64,000 nt of DNA from Haliotis cracherodii. Lineage: Eukaryota. Below, in pieces: positions 48,641 to 60,933 of this stretch. Within the stretch, counting starts at the first letter, position 1, and each line of letters opens with the position of its first letter. The notes under the pieces were generated by a model. It was given only the letters and a program-made list of their open reading frames with translations, ran no database searches and was not told where the DNA came from. Where the stretch lies: assembly GCF_022045235.1 (NCBI RefSeq), contig NW_027266264.1, positions 46,562,001 through 46,626,000 of the forward strand, written 5' to 3'. The translations under genes were made by a program, and so were the position numbers.

Positions 48641-51600
48641 ATTAAAGGTGAATCATCTTGCGGCCTGGGTATACAATGTATAATTTTCCCAGATAAACTC
48701 TCTTCATTGAGATCTGTTGTTTTTTTAAATTCAGTATGAAAATAACAAATAACATTTATAATGATACTGTCGCTTCACTTTTAACGTATTGCTTTAAACA
48801 TTTGCATTAACATTCTAAACTGATTATTCACGTCGAATCTGCATAACGACTGTACGTACATATACATGTAAAGATATTACTGATATACGGGGTCACAATC
48901 AACCTTGTGTGACAGCCAACGTTTCTCGGCGTCGACAGGCGAGCACGATTTAGGACACGCCGCACACAATTAGTTTGCAACTAATTACATACTAATGGTT
49001 TGACGTTTCACCTCAATTTTCCACAGGGTACCTGGATTATGTGCATCACGCCCAGATAAAAATCCTCGCCCAGGGGCATCAGGTGACGAATCCAGTTTCT
49101 CCCCAAGGCCTATGTCCCGTGTCCTGTCGGAGTAAATACCAGGGTCAATATTGATTCTGACCCATATGTCTGCTCCATGACATGGTACCTGTTTCCTTGG
49201 AAAGTTTCCAGCCTGTAGTAACTGGAGTAGGTAGAATAATATCAGATTGAAGACATTATCTATCCAATGAAGCCTTCAATATGTCCAAATAAGTGTTTTT
49301 CAGATGTGTTTCAAACTCGACAACGTGTTTGAGCAATTGTATGTAACTGGATACCAGCGCTATATATATATCCATATATGTATGTATGTAACAAAAGAAT
49401 ACTATCCTATACATTAATTATGGTTTACGACTTCGCAACCGTCTTTGTACAAATGATGTAAAATTATTCTTTAGGTTATTTGCCTTCATTAATCAAATTC
49501 TTTTATCTCTTCTTGTTGTGTTGTGTTGCGACTTATTTTTCACAAAATTGTACACGTGCACATCTCTGTGCATATAAGTCTGCATGTTTATACTTCTACA
49601 TGTACAAAATTGTATATATATAATGTTACTGTATGTATATGGGCCTATGGCCAGAATACAATAAATGATGATGATGATGATGTAATGTGTATAACTAAGA
49701 TAACAAACTCCACACATGAAATATATTTATATGTTACAGTAAAAGTGTAAAATGACTGAAATTTTCACTTGTGCAATTTACTAAACGCCAAACAGCTCAG
49801 TCAATTTACAATACATCCTTCCATTCATTATATTATGATAATGAAATTCCAAACATTTGTATGCTCTCTGTCACATAAATCGTGTTATGTAGGTATGAAG
49901 TAAAACGTGTCATACTAATGTGATGGTCATAAGTTGGGCAACCATACAGACTGAAGACACGTAAAACATGCCATGTAAATGTCCCAAAAAACATTTTACA
50001 CAAAAAAATAAATCCTAGCTATTTACTTCATGACCCAGTCTATGACGATATAGCGGTTGTTTCGTCACTTTAACTCCCAATGATGACGTCAATTTACAAA
50101 TTATATAGACCTTGAATTTGATTCAATTATTTGGATATGCCATTGTCAAACTTTAGATTTGAAATGAGTTTAGTCTATTGCCATATAGCCTAAGTTAATG
50201 CTTATTGTCCATTTAAAGTTGTTTTATTTGTCAAATGGCTATGTGTATATGTAACATGGAAGGATCAATTTGAGACTGGAGAATATGTCCCCACTGAAAC
50301 TCGTAAAGCATTTGAACCAGGACAAGCTGACACAAGTAATCGTAACGGGGAGACTTAATGGTGCGTTAAATGAGTTGTCTCTGCACTCAGATGTCATAAT
50401 AAATCAACAAATCTAACAGCTGTAAAAACATCCAATCTGTGCCAGCAGCTAATCCAATGTGGATCGTAAATCATCGTTCTGGGATATATAAGATAGAAAA
50501 TGTTAAAGGATATTACTAGTATTTACAAAACAGAACAAAACTGATTGATAGATGTGATCTTCAAAAATTCATCTATGGCTGATTGTCATTACAGGTATAC
50601 TCTTCCCTTTAAAAAGAAGAAGATTTGTTTGGACACTTGCTGAATTAACATGACTATACTATAACACACGCATTCGTGTAAATACTTTACTTATTTCCAT
50701 CTGAACGCCTTAAGCATGTTGTCATTAGAGTGACAAAACAAGTGGTTACAATGTTAACATGCTGTTTTGATGTCAGTAGCAGGATGAAACTGTCTGTTTC
50801 TCCACCTCAACGTTTTACCTGACGATGTCGGCATATTTGATGTTTCTATAAGGTAACAAGATTCAATCAACCCTGGATTAGGGCTTGTGGGGTTAAGCAA
50901 TTGTGGCTTGATCAAATACAGATTACCATTTGTCGGTTTCCTGTTTGCTTAGCTTCCTAATTTACCGGTAAGGAACAACCAGCTTTATTAAGCAAGCAAT
51001 GACGAACATTATCCGATCTTGTGAATTGGCCTACCAGAAACCGCTTATCTCCCTTTACCATTCTCCCGTCAGTGGATGAATGTAAGTAAGATGGCGACAT
51101 AGTGGACTTTACTGCACGCGACAGACATTCAAATCCAATTTCACAGAAGGCCGACTTAATACCTTTTAATATGCATATTATATATATACACATATATATA
51201 TTTGTATAAGGGGTATGTAACAAAACGAAAACAACCACATAGTTCTACATGTCTACCTTCATGTCATCTTGTCATGTGCTTTATTTCATACATAAATGAT
51301 GTAGTTCTAATGAAAATAAAGGGTAATTGATTGGAACATCTTAACGTTGTTTTGTGTGTTGTTTTACATCATTCACAACGCACGTGTGTGAATCTCATCT
51401 TGTCAAAGCCTTGGTTCATACCAGATTGATTTGATGAGCATGTGGATGCTTTTGAAGATATATTTTCACGATCATTAGGTCTAGAGCCAATTTACACTGA
51501 ATACTACATGGAATCAAGGTTATCATTTTACATTTATGATCACTATTCCAATATCCCCCACGACCTTCCCCAGGCGCCTGATAATTCTGATATTAATGTT

Positions 51601-53022
51601 CATAAGCGTTTTCTCTCAAACTTATTATTTTATACACAAATTGTTTATTCTGCACAGTCACACATTGCATCGTAATCAAGGCAAATCTGGGATTCGAACC
51701 CACATCACACTATGTCACTCCATTGACACAGGCCCACATCCACGAGCTGAGACATTGATTATGTTTGTTGCTTCTGCTGGTGTAAACCAATGTGCATGTT
51801 TATGTATAATCGGTTACATGCCTTTGGGTAAAAGTTTAAGAATAATAGCAATAATGTTCTTACTGGAAGAATGGCTAATGTTCACAGGTGTCCACAATGC
51901 TAGAAATTCCGCCTGTGTCCGGCTTCTGATGGGTTGGATTTAAGATGGGTACGAGGTGACAAACGTGTTTTCAACTTATGTTACTTAATTACATTAATCC
52001 AACTTAAACACATGCAAAAATACACGATGAGTCTAAACTATGATCAATTCATAAAAGGGGTTAATTACCGATAGTTCTTTTTCTGTCCTGGCATGTTCAC
52101 AAGCATGTATAAGTGGATCGGTTTAATATTTAGGAAATAAGCATTTTGTGTTTCAGCGTAGAGTTGGTTAACTGTAGATATAACCATGCAAAATTGAATT
52201 CTGAATAAAAGGAGATCACATTGAAACAAGACATGACATTGTTTCCTTTGAATTCTTATTTGTATTCACCAAAAGCTTGCAGGTGTCACTATAGGATGTA
52301 TGTAATAGATATAGTACTGACACAACTTCTCTGTCTATCTCAGCGCGCAAGCAGATACTCGAGTTCTACAAACTATACCGTGACTGCAGATCGTACAAAC
52401 TCCACCATCACATTCGGAGCAGATTGCACGATTACATATAAACTGTCCGGATCATGCAGTTACGTTTGTTGTTGAAGGCCTGAATTTTGAATGTACACGT
52501 TTCACGAAGCTGGAGAGTTTCACGCCTTTATAAACTGTTTACTTTGGAATACTTTATCAGTGTAAAATGTACTCCATCATCACAAAACAGTGACTATCCA
52601 TTGGACAAAAGTATTTGCCTGTGCTCTAAGGGATACTTGTAGCTGAATCGGCTTGTACACCGCAAGGCAGCAGGTCTCGGGGTGCACACGACAGAGGTGT
52701 ATAAAATACAAATGTACAAATAAGTCTTGTTAATTTCATTTATTTTATTTCTATATTTAGTTCATGTTGTACATTATGTAACCATAAGTATTTTACCTGA
52801 ACGCAACATATTGTTACTGTAAGGCAATATATACCGTATGTTTTCAGTTAAATACACACAATACATATTTGACAATACAGATATGATATTGTCAGTAGTA
52901 TTGCCATCATATTCAAAGCCACGAATTGTCTGTCATGCACCAGATGTTGAATCAACTTATATTCCTATATAGCACTTGTGTATATCAGTCTTCATTATCG
53001 CACCAGCAGGGGTGTATCTACA

Positions 53023-54099
53023 CTAAGCATGGTATGATCTCGTGGACCTTGTGCCCCAACTCTGACTGATGTCGTTTGAAGAATCAGTCATTGACTGTTG
53101 TATGTTTGGATACAGGTAGTTGCAGGAAGGGTCAGGTATGCTTAAACTGGGTGAGGGAACTTGTGGCGCGTATGTTCCGGCCAGTGGAGAGCTTCCCGGG
53201 GGAGAGCTGGAGAGAGGGGAACCGGTCAGAGAACTGTTGATACTTCTGGTGTTGTAGTAGCCGGCTGTAGGAGGAGAGTAGCCTGTAGGAGATCCCATGG
53301 TCCAGATACAGGGGTCCGGTTTGCCTATTGTGCTGTAGGGGTGTGTCTGGGTCAGTCCCGGGGGTAAGGAGCCGTGACTCAGGGGGTTGAAGCTTGTGTA
53401 AGGAGATGGACCCCCATACAATCCCAATAACTGTCCGTAAGGACTGGCAGGATGGAATGAAGGATCTTCTCGACGTTGCTTTTGTGCGGACTTGAAACGC
53501 TTAGAACGACGAAGGAAACTGCCGTTACCAAACATGTCCCCACAAGATGGATGCAGAGCCCACAGGTTACCCTTGCCTGGTTTCCCCGGGGGTCGGGGCA
53601 CCTTGACGAAACAGTCATTGAGGGAGAGGTTGTGTCTGATGGAGTTTTGCCATCTCCGTTGGTTGTCTTGGTAGTATGGGAATCTCTTGACGATGTAGTT
53701 GTAGATGTCGTTGAGAGTCATCATGCCTGTTGTAGAACTCTCGACGGCCATGGTGATGAGAGCCACATAGGAATAGGGAGGCTTCTTGTTGGAAAATCGT
53801 CTGTCTTGTTGTGAGAGGGTGGATGTTCCCGAGAAACCGTCCCCTTCTCCGTTCGAGGATACCGATGAGGTAGGAGACGGAAGAATGTTGTCATAATTTG
53901 GAGATCCTTGTTGCGTGTGACCTGATCCATGTGTGATCAGGGATCTGACGTCTTCTCCCTCAGTAGCTCCAGATGTCTGAGACACGACTGGGACGGAGTG
54001 TTGTGAAGATATGGAGTGATCAGATGGAAGAGGTGTCATCTGCTGTCCCATGAAGGGAGATGTACCTGGGACATACTGGAACATGAATGGGTTATACAT
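53023..54099 (-). CDS. FoxAB: FoxAB-like forkhead transcription factor, copy 3 (358 aa)
   Basis: Intact intronless ORF and forkhead domain. TATAAA (-) at 54183-54188, CCAAT (-) at 54334-54338, AATAAA (-) at 52739-52749. Confidence 0.85.
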   Translation of the reverse strand: MYNPFMFQYVPGTSPFMGQQMTPLPSDHSISSQHSVPVVSQTSGATEGEDVRSLITHGSGHTQQGSPNYDNILPSPTSSVSSNGEGDGFSGTSTLSQQDRRFSNKKPPYSYVALITMAVESSTTGMMTLNDIYNYIVKRFPYYQDNQRRWQNSIRHNLSLNDCFVKVPRPPGKPGKGNLWALHPSCGDMFGNGSFLRRSKRFKSAQKQRREDPSFHPASPYGQLLGLYGGPSPYTSFNPLSHGSLPPGLTQTHPYSTIGKPDPCIWTMGSPTGYSPPTAGYYNTRSINSSLTGSPLSSSPPGSSPLAGTYAPQVPSPSLSIPDPSCNYLYPNIQQSMTDSSNDISQSWGTRSTRSYHA

Positions 54100-55129
54100 G
54101 ATTCCTGGCTCAATGTGCAGCAGGTGAGAAATGTATTACCTCAGTAGGCAGAGGAATGTTTATCCCCCTCGTCACGGCGAGGTTTATAGTCCCTGACCAG
54201 ATAATCCCCTCAACACGCGCTTTACAGATCTCAATTGCCTCTAGATTAGGTAGCCTTTGATATGTAAATAACCGTATGTCGTCACTGATAATGGGCGTCG
54301 CTCTAAAACATCTTTCAAAAGTTTTTAGGTACGATTGGTCAAGAGCTATAATCTCGCCGTTCACTTGTGAGTTGCATTACAGTATATGAAATATGTGCTA
54401 TTATTCGCACGAAAGACGTTACATCCACCAGTGTGTTCATAACGATGACGGAAAGTAATAAAAAAACACTAGATTACAATAAGTGTGTTAATGGTTAAAT
54501 AGTTGTAGCATGGATTCCTTTCGAAAGGCTTATAGACTTTGAAGATGTCGAAAGAAAAGGCACCTCACATTTAGTATTTATAGAAGTTGGTATACAATAT
54601 GAACGATCTTGTGACTTCTACTCGACTGTAGAAGTGTCACCATGTTCAGTATATGTATATTGTGGACGAGGAACCGGTTGGTTCAAGTCTAAGTAAAGTT
54701 TATGTTCTGTTCAGTACATAGCTGACACCAACAATCGTATTGGGTAGACATATTGCTGTTTTCTCAAGGATTGTCACCGAGCTTATTGATATCCCAACAA
54801 ACCAAAACCACACTATCAAGGGCTGTCAGTATCGGTCATCACAAATACAACAACAACCTGTCGGTGTTAAAAGCTCAAATGTAGGTGGTTGTATTGGCAT
54901 TGCTACTGTGTGCAATACTCGAAGATGGGGACGTGCCAAAAATTGCACCATAAGATGATTTTGTTTATGTTGACATTGATTATTAAAAATATATTTGTCT
55001 AAGATACTATAAAACCACCACAATAATATACTATATACGTTTCATTATGGGTGCAGATAGAATATGGCTGATTTCGGCGTTAAACAACAATGTAAACAAT
55101 CAACTGTGTATAGTTCAGGCTGCAGACAG

Positions 55130-56050
55130 AGTATCTCACAGCATAAATATATTAGTGTAAAAGGGGTATATAAAATATACTACCGGTCACTAGCCATATA
55201 AAATATGTTTTCTTAGTTGGAGAATTAAAATGTAGGTTTGGGCTGTGTAATATACATAATATTTATAAAGTAAAATAAGTTTATCAGTATTAATAACTCT
55301 AGTAAGTTGGAATAGCTAAAACTGACCTTTGCGTATAAACCTTCACGCAAATCATCGTACACAGGGAAATCCAACAATACATGACATTCATCCCCAACAC
55401 TTTCCTGACACTGAAAACACACTCTTTCATTCACATTCATATTCGAATATCTGCCTGTTTCCAACTTCAGATCTAAGAAGGCAGAGTGGTTTAGAACGAG
55501 GCATATGCATACTAACATAACTTTCACACCCATACACATCTTTAAACATTCTATACGTACGTAAGTTATTACCACCCGTTCTTCCGAGAGGCTTGCGTAA
55601 CAGTTCATTCCAATCAGTCACATAAAATCCCAGGCAGATAACCTGCACACCTGCAAGTACACTTTTCACGCTCACATTCTCTAAAATATTCAACCCCCAT
55701 TCGTTCAGCTTTGCCAGTATATCAAACGTACACAAGCATACCGTTCAGACCACATAAAACATTCTTATTTAATCTAAGGAGGTTCTAGTAAAACGATAAT
55801 ACTGTAACAATACACATCCACTATCTAACTGTCGGAGGAATCCATCCCATATCTCCATTAACAGCAACATTTGGAGCGTATTTACCCAATCCTAAAATAA
55901 ATCTCAAAGCACGATGGTGAACGGCATTTACAGTAGAAATGTCACGATGACCCCAGATAGATGCCCAAAGATTCAAGACTGACCAAACCATCGTATCGTA
56001 CAATTTGGAATAAGCAGTGGATTGCATACGTCCGATTGCCTTAGCATTGT
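55130..56050 (-). mobile_element. LINE 3'-end fragment (L2/CR1-like)
   Basis: 'YSKLYDTMV..VL..ASIWG...ALRFILG...PNVAV.GDMGW', 'NLRTYRMFK', 'LKLETGRY...ERVCFQC...DECHVLLD.P.Y'. Related to 31790-32524. Confidence 0.8.
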
Positions 56051-56589
56051 AGTCAAAATGTGTGAGTGAGGTTGGTTTAACACGGCTTTGACACTACACA
56101 TGCTGTCCATTTACATGGTGCTGTACTAAGTAAACAAATGCTAATAATTACAATCTCAAAATGAGCCATTAAATGACCAAAGTCACCATAGGCTGTCTGA
56201 AAGATGTACACCACACCCTGTAGGATAACCCCTCACCCAAGGGCGTCAGGTGACATATCCGCGGACACCAGTGTCTTCCCCGGGTCTATGTCCTGTAGCT
56301 ATAGAAGTAAGCACTAGGGTCAATATTGATTCAGACCCGTACATGCTTACGAAATATGCAGATATTTCAGTTTATTCACGAAATGCACATATCTACACAT
56401 ATCGACACATATGCACAATGTATAATTAACATATTCGAGGTTATAAAACCCAAATTAAACTATACGATTATAGTGTCAAAAGTAAAATTATATAAATTAT
56501 AAATTCTCTTATCGATCGGGTACAATATTTTGCTTGATGCTTTGACAGATACAGATATCAATAACATGCTGTGATTAATGGCACTGAAA

Positions 56590-56915
56590 GAACAAGCCAT
56601 GCGTTGCAAGGAGTTCCAGTATTCCAAAAGATCAAAGAAGCAGGACTAAACATGCAAATGTAAATGTGCGACAAAATAAGTCACCCACTTAGGGCATATT
56701 TTCAGCAAAGATGGCATCCATGCCAATATACTTCAAAAATAGATTCAGTCACAGAGATCCCACCCTCTAAAAATGTCCATGACGTGTGTCACTTCTTAGA
56801 TTTGGTCTCGTATGATCACAAATTTGTAACACAAATTCTGGTATCGCCTCCCCCTCTATACAATCTTCTGAAAAAAGACGCATCTCTCAAATTGTGGCAA
56901 ATTAGGGCAACTTGA
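56590..56915 (+). mobile_element. Ty3/gypsy pol (RT thumb/connection) fragment
   Basis: 'LGHIFSKDGI', 'KIDSVTEIPPSKNVHDVCHFLDLVSYDHKFV...PLYNLLKKD'. Confidence 0.75.
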
Positions 56916-59900
56916 TTCTCATGGCGTAACTTGGAGTGATGTTGTTAAACCGCGTCTTTTGACCATACAAGAATCTTCCTGTTCTGATTTTTAGGAACAA
57001 ACAATGTTGACTGGTAACGTTTCGTTTTCGTCAGTTTTCAAGGAAGGGTATATGGTGCTTTATGATCATTTCCCATCACAGTCAACAACTGTTATGGCCT
57101 GATGAAATGGAAGGTTTGAAATGATTATTAATAAATAAAGGTTACAGGCCTACTGTCTCTCTGTCAAAAACACTGTATTGATCAGGATGTCCATATTGTG
57201 ATCCAGATGGAGGCTGAGTTTTTTTTATTGAAATAAAATTAAGAACCCCCCCCTCCCCCAGAAATGACACAATCAAATGACACAAGTAATCGTAATGGGG
57301 AGACTTAATGGTGCGTTAAATAAGTTGTCTCTACACTCACAGACATCACAACAAATCAACACCATGCTCTGTCACATTGTCAGCACATGTAACAGCAGTA
57401 ACAACATCCAATCTGTGTCAGTAGCAGTGGATGTGCGGAATATTATTCTGGGATAGTAAAGGTATACAATCTTAGAGGATAGTAGTTTTAATGCTGAACA
57501 AAAATGACTGACTAAGCTGGCAAAATAGAAATGAATTCCCTGACTGAATGCCATCATATTTTTCTTTAAACAAGAATACGTGTTCTTTTCTTTAATTAAG
57601 AAGACATGTACATGGTTATGCTACATATGAATACACTTGATATGTTACTAAATACTGAAAGTTTATTAGAACAGAGAAAGCTAGCACAATTTGTAAAATA
57701 AAAAGTAGTATGTAGTATATACTGTATGTATAAAATGTAGTGTTACACACGCCTTTGTGTCACTACTTTACATCTGTCCATAAGTATGTTGTCATTAGAG
57801 TGTGGTTACAATGCTAGAGTGGTCAGAAGCAGGGTGGGGCGAATTTGATGACTACATGAGTGACCGAGTCACTCAACCCTGGATTGGAGCTTGTGATGCG
57901 AAGCTAGGCCGCTACCAATTTTGGTTTGATCAAATAGAGATTATCATTTGTCGGTTTCCTGTTTGCTTAGCTTCCTAATTTACCTGAAAGGAACAACCCG
58001 TTTTGTTTAGCTACCAAAGACTAAACTTATCCGATCTTCAGAATTGACTTACCTCCGGATCAGAGGATGAAGGTAAGTTAGATGGCGACAGAGGCGGACG
58101 ATACTGCGCGCGACAGACATTCAAATTCAATTTCACAGAAGGCCGACTTAATAACGATATATATTTATACCCATCCACCCAAGGGTTGCCCAAAAGATTA
58201 CCTTGTCCAAACTTAGCATTGGTTCACCGAATATTCTAATCAATTACCCTTTATTTTCATTAGAAGTACATCATTGATGTATGAAATATGTAGAACTGTG
58301 TGGTTGTTGTTTTTTGTTTTAAGATAACAACACATAAATAAATCGTACTTATTATCAAATAGAAGAAAATGCCTTTCTCACATCACTTTTCTTTAAAAAA
58401 TAATGGCATATTCTTACATTCTTAAAGTGTTTTTTTTTTATTTCTTCACGTAACACGTGCTAAGTATACATACTATTACACACGTCAGTACTTTACTTAT
58501 TTCCATGTACACGCCTTAAGCATGTTGTCATTAGAGTGATAAAAGAAGTGGTTGCAATGTTAACATGCTGTTTTGATGTCAGTAGCAGGGTGAGACTGTC
58601 TGTTTCTCCACCCCAAGATTTTACCTGACGATGTCGGCATATTTGATGTTTCTATAAGGTAACAAGATTCAATCAACCCTGGATTAGGGCTTGTGGGGTT
58701 AAGCAATTGTGGTTTGATCAAATACAGATTACCATTTGTCGGCTTCGTATTTGCTTAGTCTCCTAATTTACAAGTAATGAACAACCAGCTTTATTCAGCA
58801 AGCAAATGACGGACATTATCCGATCTTGTGAATTGGCTTACCAGAAACCGCTTATCTCCCTTTACCATTCTCCCGTCAGTGGATGAAGGTAAGTAAGATG
58901 GCGACAGAGTGGACTTTACTGCACGCGACAGAGGGATTCAAATCCAATTTCACAGAAGGCCGACTTAATACCTTTTAATATGCATATTATATATATACAT
59001 ACAGATATAAACTGATATAAAGAAGATGATGTACTAACGTGGACTTTATTATTTTATTATATATTACATGTACACCGAGTGAACATTTACCTCATTTTTG
59101 TATATATATATATATATTTACATGTAACAAAACGAAAACAACCACATAGTTCTACATGTTGCCTTCATGTCATCTTGTCATGTGCTTTATTTCATACATA
59201 AATGATGTAGTTCTAATGAAAATATAGGGTAAATGATTGGAACATCTTAACGTTGTTTTGTGTGTTGTTTTACATCATTCACAACGCACGTGTGTGAATC
59301 TCATCTTGTCAAAGCCTTGGTTCATACCAGATTGATTTGATGAGCATGTGGATGCTTATGAAGATATATTTTCACGATCATTAGGTCTAGAGCCAATTTA
59401 CACTTAATACTACATGGAATCAAGGTTATCATTTTACATTTATGATCACTATTCCAATATCCCCCACGACCTTCCCCAGGCGCCTGATAATTCTGATATT
59501 AATGTTCATAAGCGTACTCACCTTCTCTCAAACTTATTATTTTATACACAAATTGTTTATTCTGCACAGTCACACATTGCATCGTAATCAAGGCAAATCT
59601 GGGATTCGAACCCACATCACACTATGTCACTCCATTGACACAGGCCCACATCCACGAGCTGAGACATTGATTATGTTTGTTGCTTCTGCTGGTGTAAACC
59701 AATGTGCATGTTTATGTATAATCGGTTACATGCCTTTGGGTAAAAGTTTAAGAATAATAGCAATAATGTTCTTACTGGAAGAATGGCTAATGTTCACAGG
59801 TGTCCACAATGCTAGAAATTCCGCCTGTGTCCGGCTTCTGATGGGTTGGATTTAAGATGGGTACGAGGTGACAAACGTGTTTTCAACTTATGTTACTTAA

Positions 59901-60933
59901 TTACATTAATCCAACTTAAACACATGCAAAAATACACGATGAGTCTAAACTATGATCAATTCATAAAAGGGGTTAATTACCGATAGTTCTTTTTCTGTCC
60001 TGGCATGTTCACAAGCATGTATAAGTGGATCGGTTAATATTTAGGAAATAAGCATTTTGTGTTTTAGCGTAGAGTTGGTTAACTGTAGATATAACCATGC
60101 AAAATTGAATTCTGAATAAAAGGAGATCACATTGAAACAAGACATGACATTGTTTCCTTTGAATTCTTATTTGTATTCACCAAAAGCTTGCAGGTGTCAC
60201 TATAGGATGTATGTAATAGATATAGTACTGACACAACTTCTCTGTCTATCTCAGCGCGCAAGCAGATACTCGAGTTCTACAAACTATACCGTGACTGCAG
60301 ATCGTACAAACTCCACCATCACATTCGGAGCAGATTGCACGATTACATATAAACTGTCCGGATCATGCAGTTACGTTTGTTGTTGAAGGCCTGAATTTTG
60401 AATGTACACGTTTCACGAAGCTGGAGAGTTTCACGCCTTTATAAACTGTTTACTTTGGAATACTTTATCAGTGTAAAATGTACTCCATCATCACAAAACA
60501 GTGACTATCCATTGGACAAAAGTATTTGCCTGTGCTCTAAGGGATACTTGTAGCTGAATCGGCTTGTACACCGCAAGGCAGCAGGTCTCGGGGTGCACAC
60601 GACAGAGGTGTATAAAATACAAATGTACAAATAAGTCTTGTTAATTTCATTTATTTTATTTCTATATTTAGTTCATGTTGTACATTATGTAACCATAAGT
60701 ATTTTACCTGAACGCAACATATTGTTACTGTAAGGCAATATATACCGTATGTTTTCAGTTAAATACACACAATACATATTTGACAATACAGATATGATAT
60801 TGTCAGTAGTATTGCCATCATATTCAAAGCCACGAATTGTCTGTCATGCACCAGATGTTGAATCAACTTATATTCCTATATAGCACTTGTGTATATCAGT
60901 CTTCATTATCGCACCAGCAGGGGTGTATCTACA

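Noticed and set aside
51536-60386. Duplicated 135/137-aa and 84-aa ORFs
   Set aside because: No recognisable domains. Their identity is explained by the recent segmental duplication.
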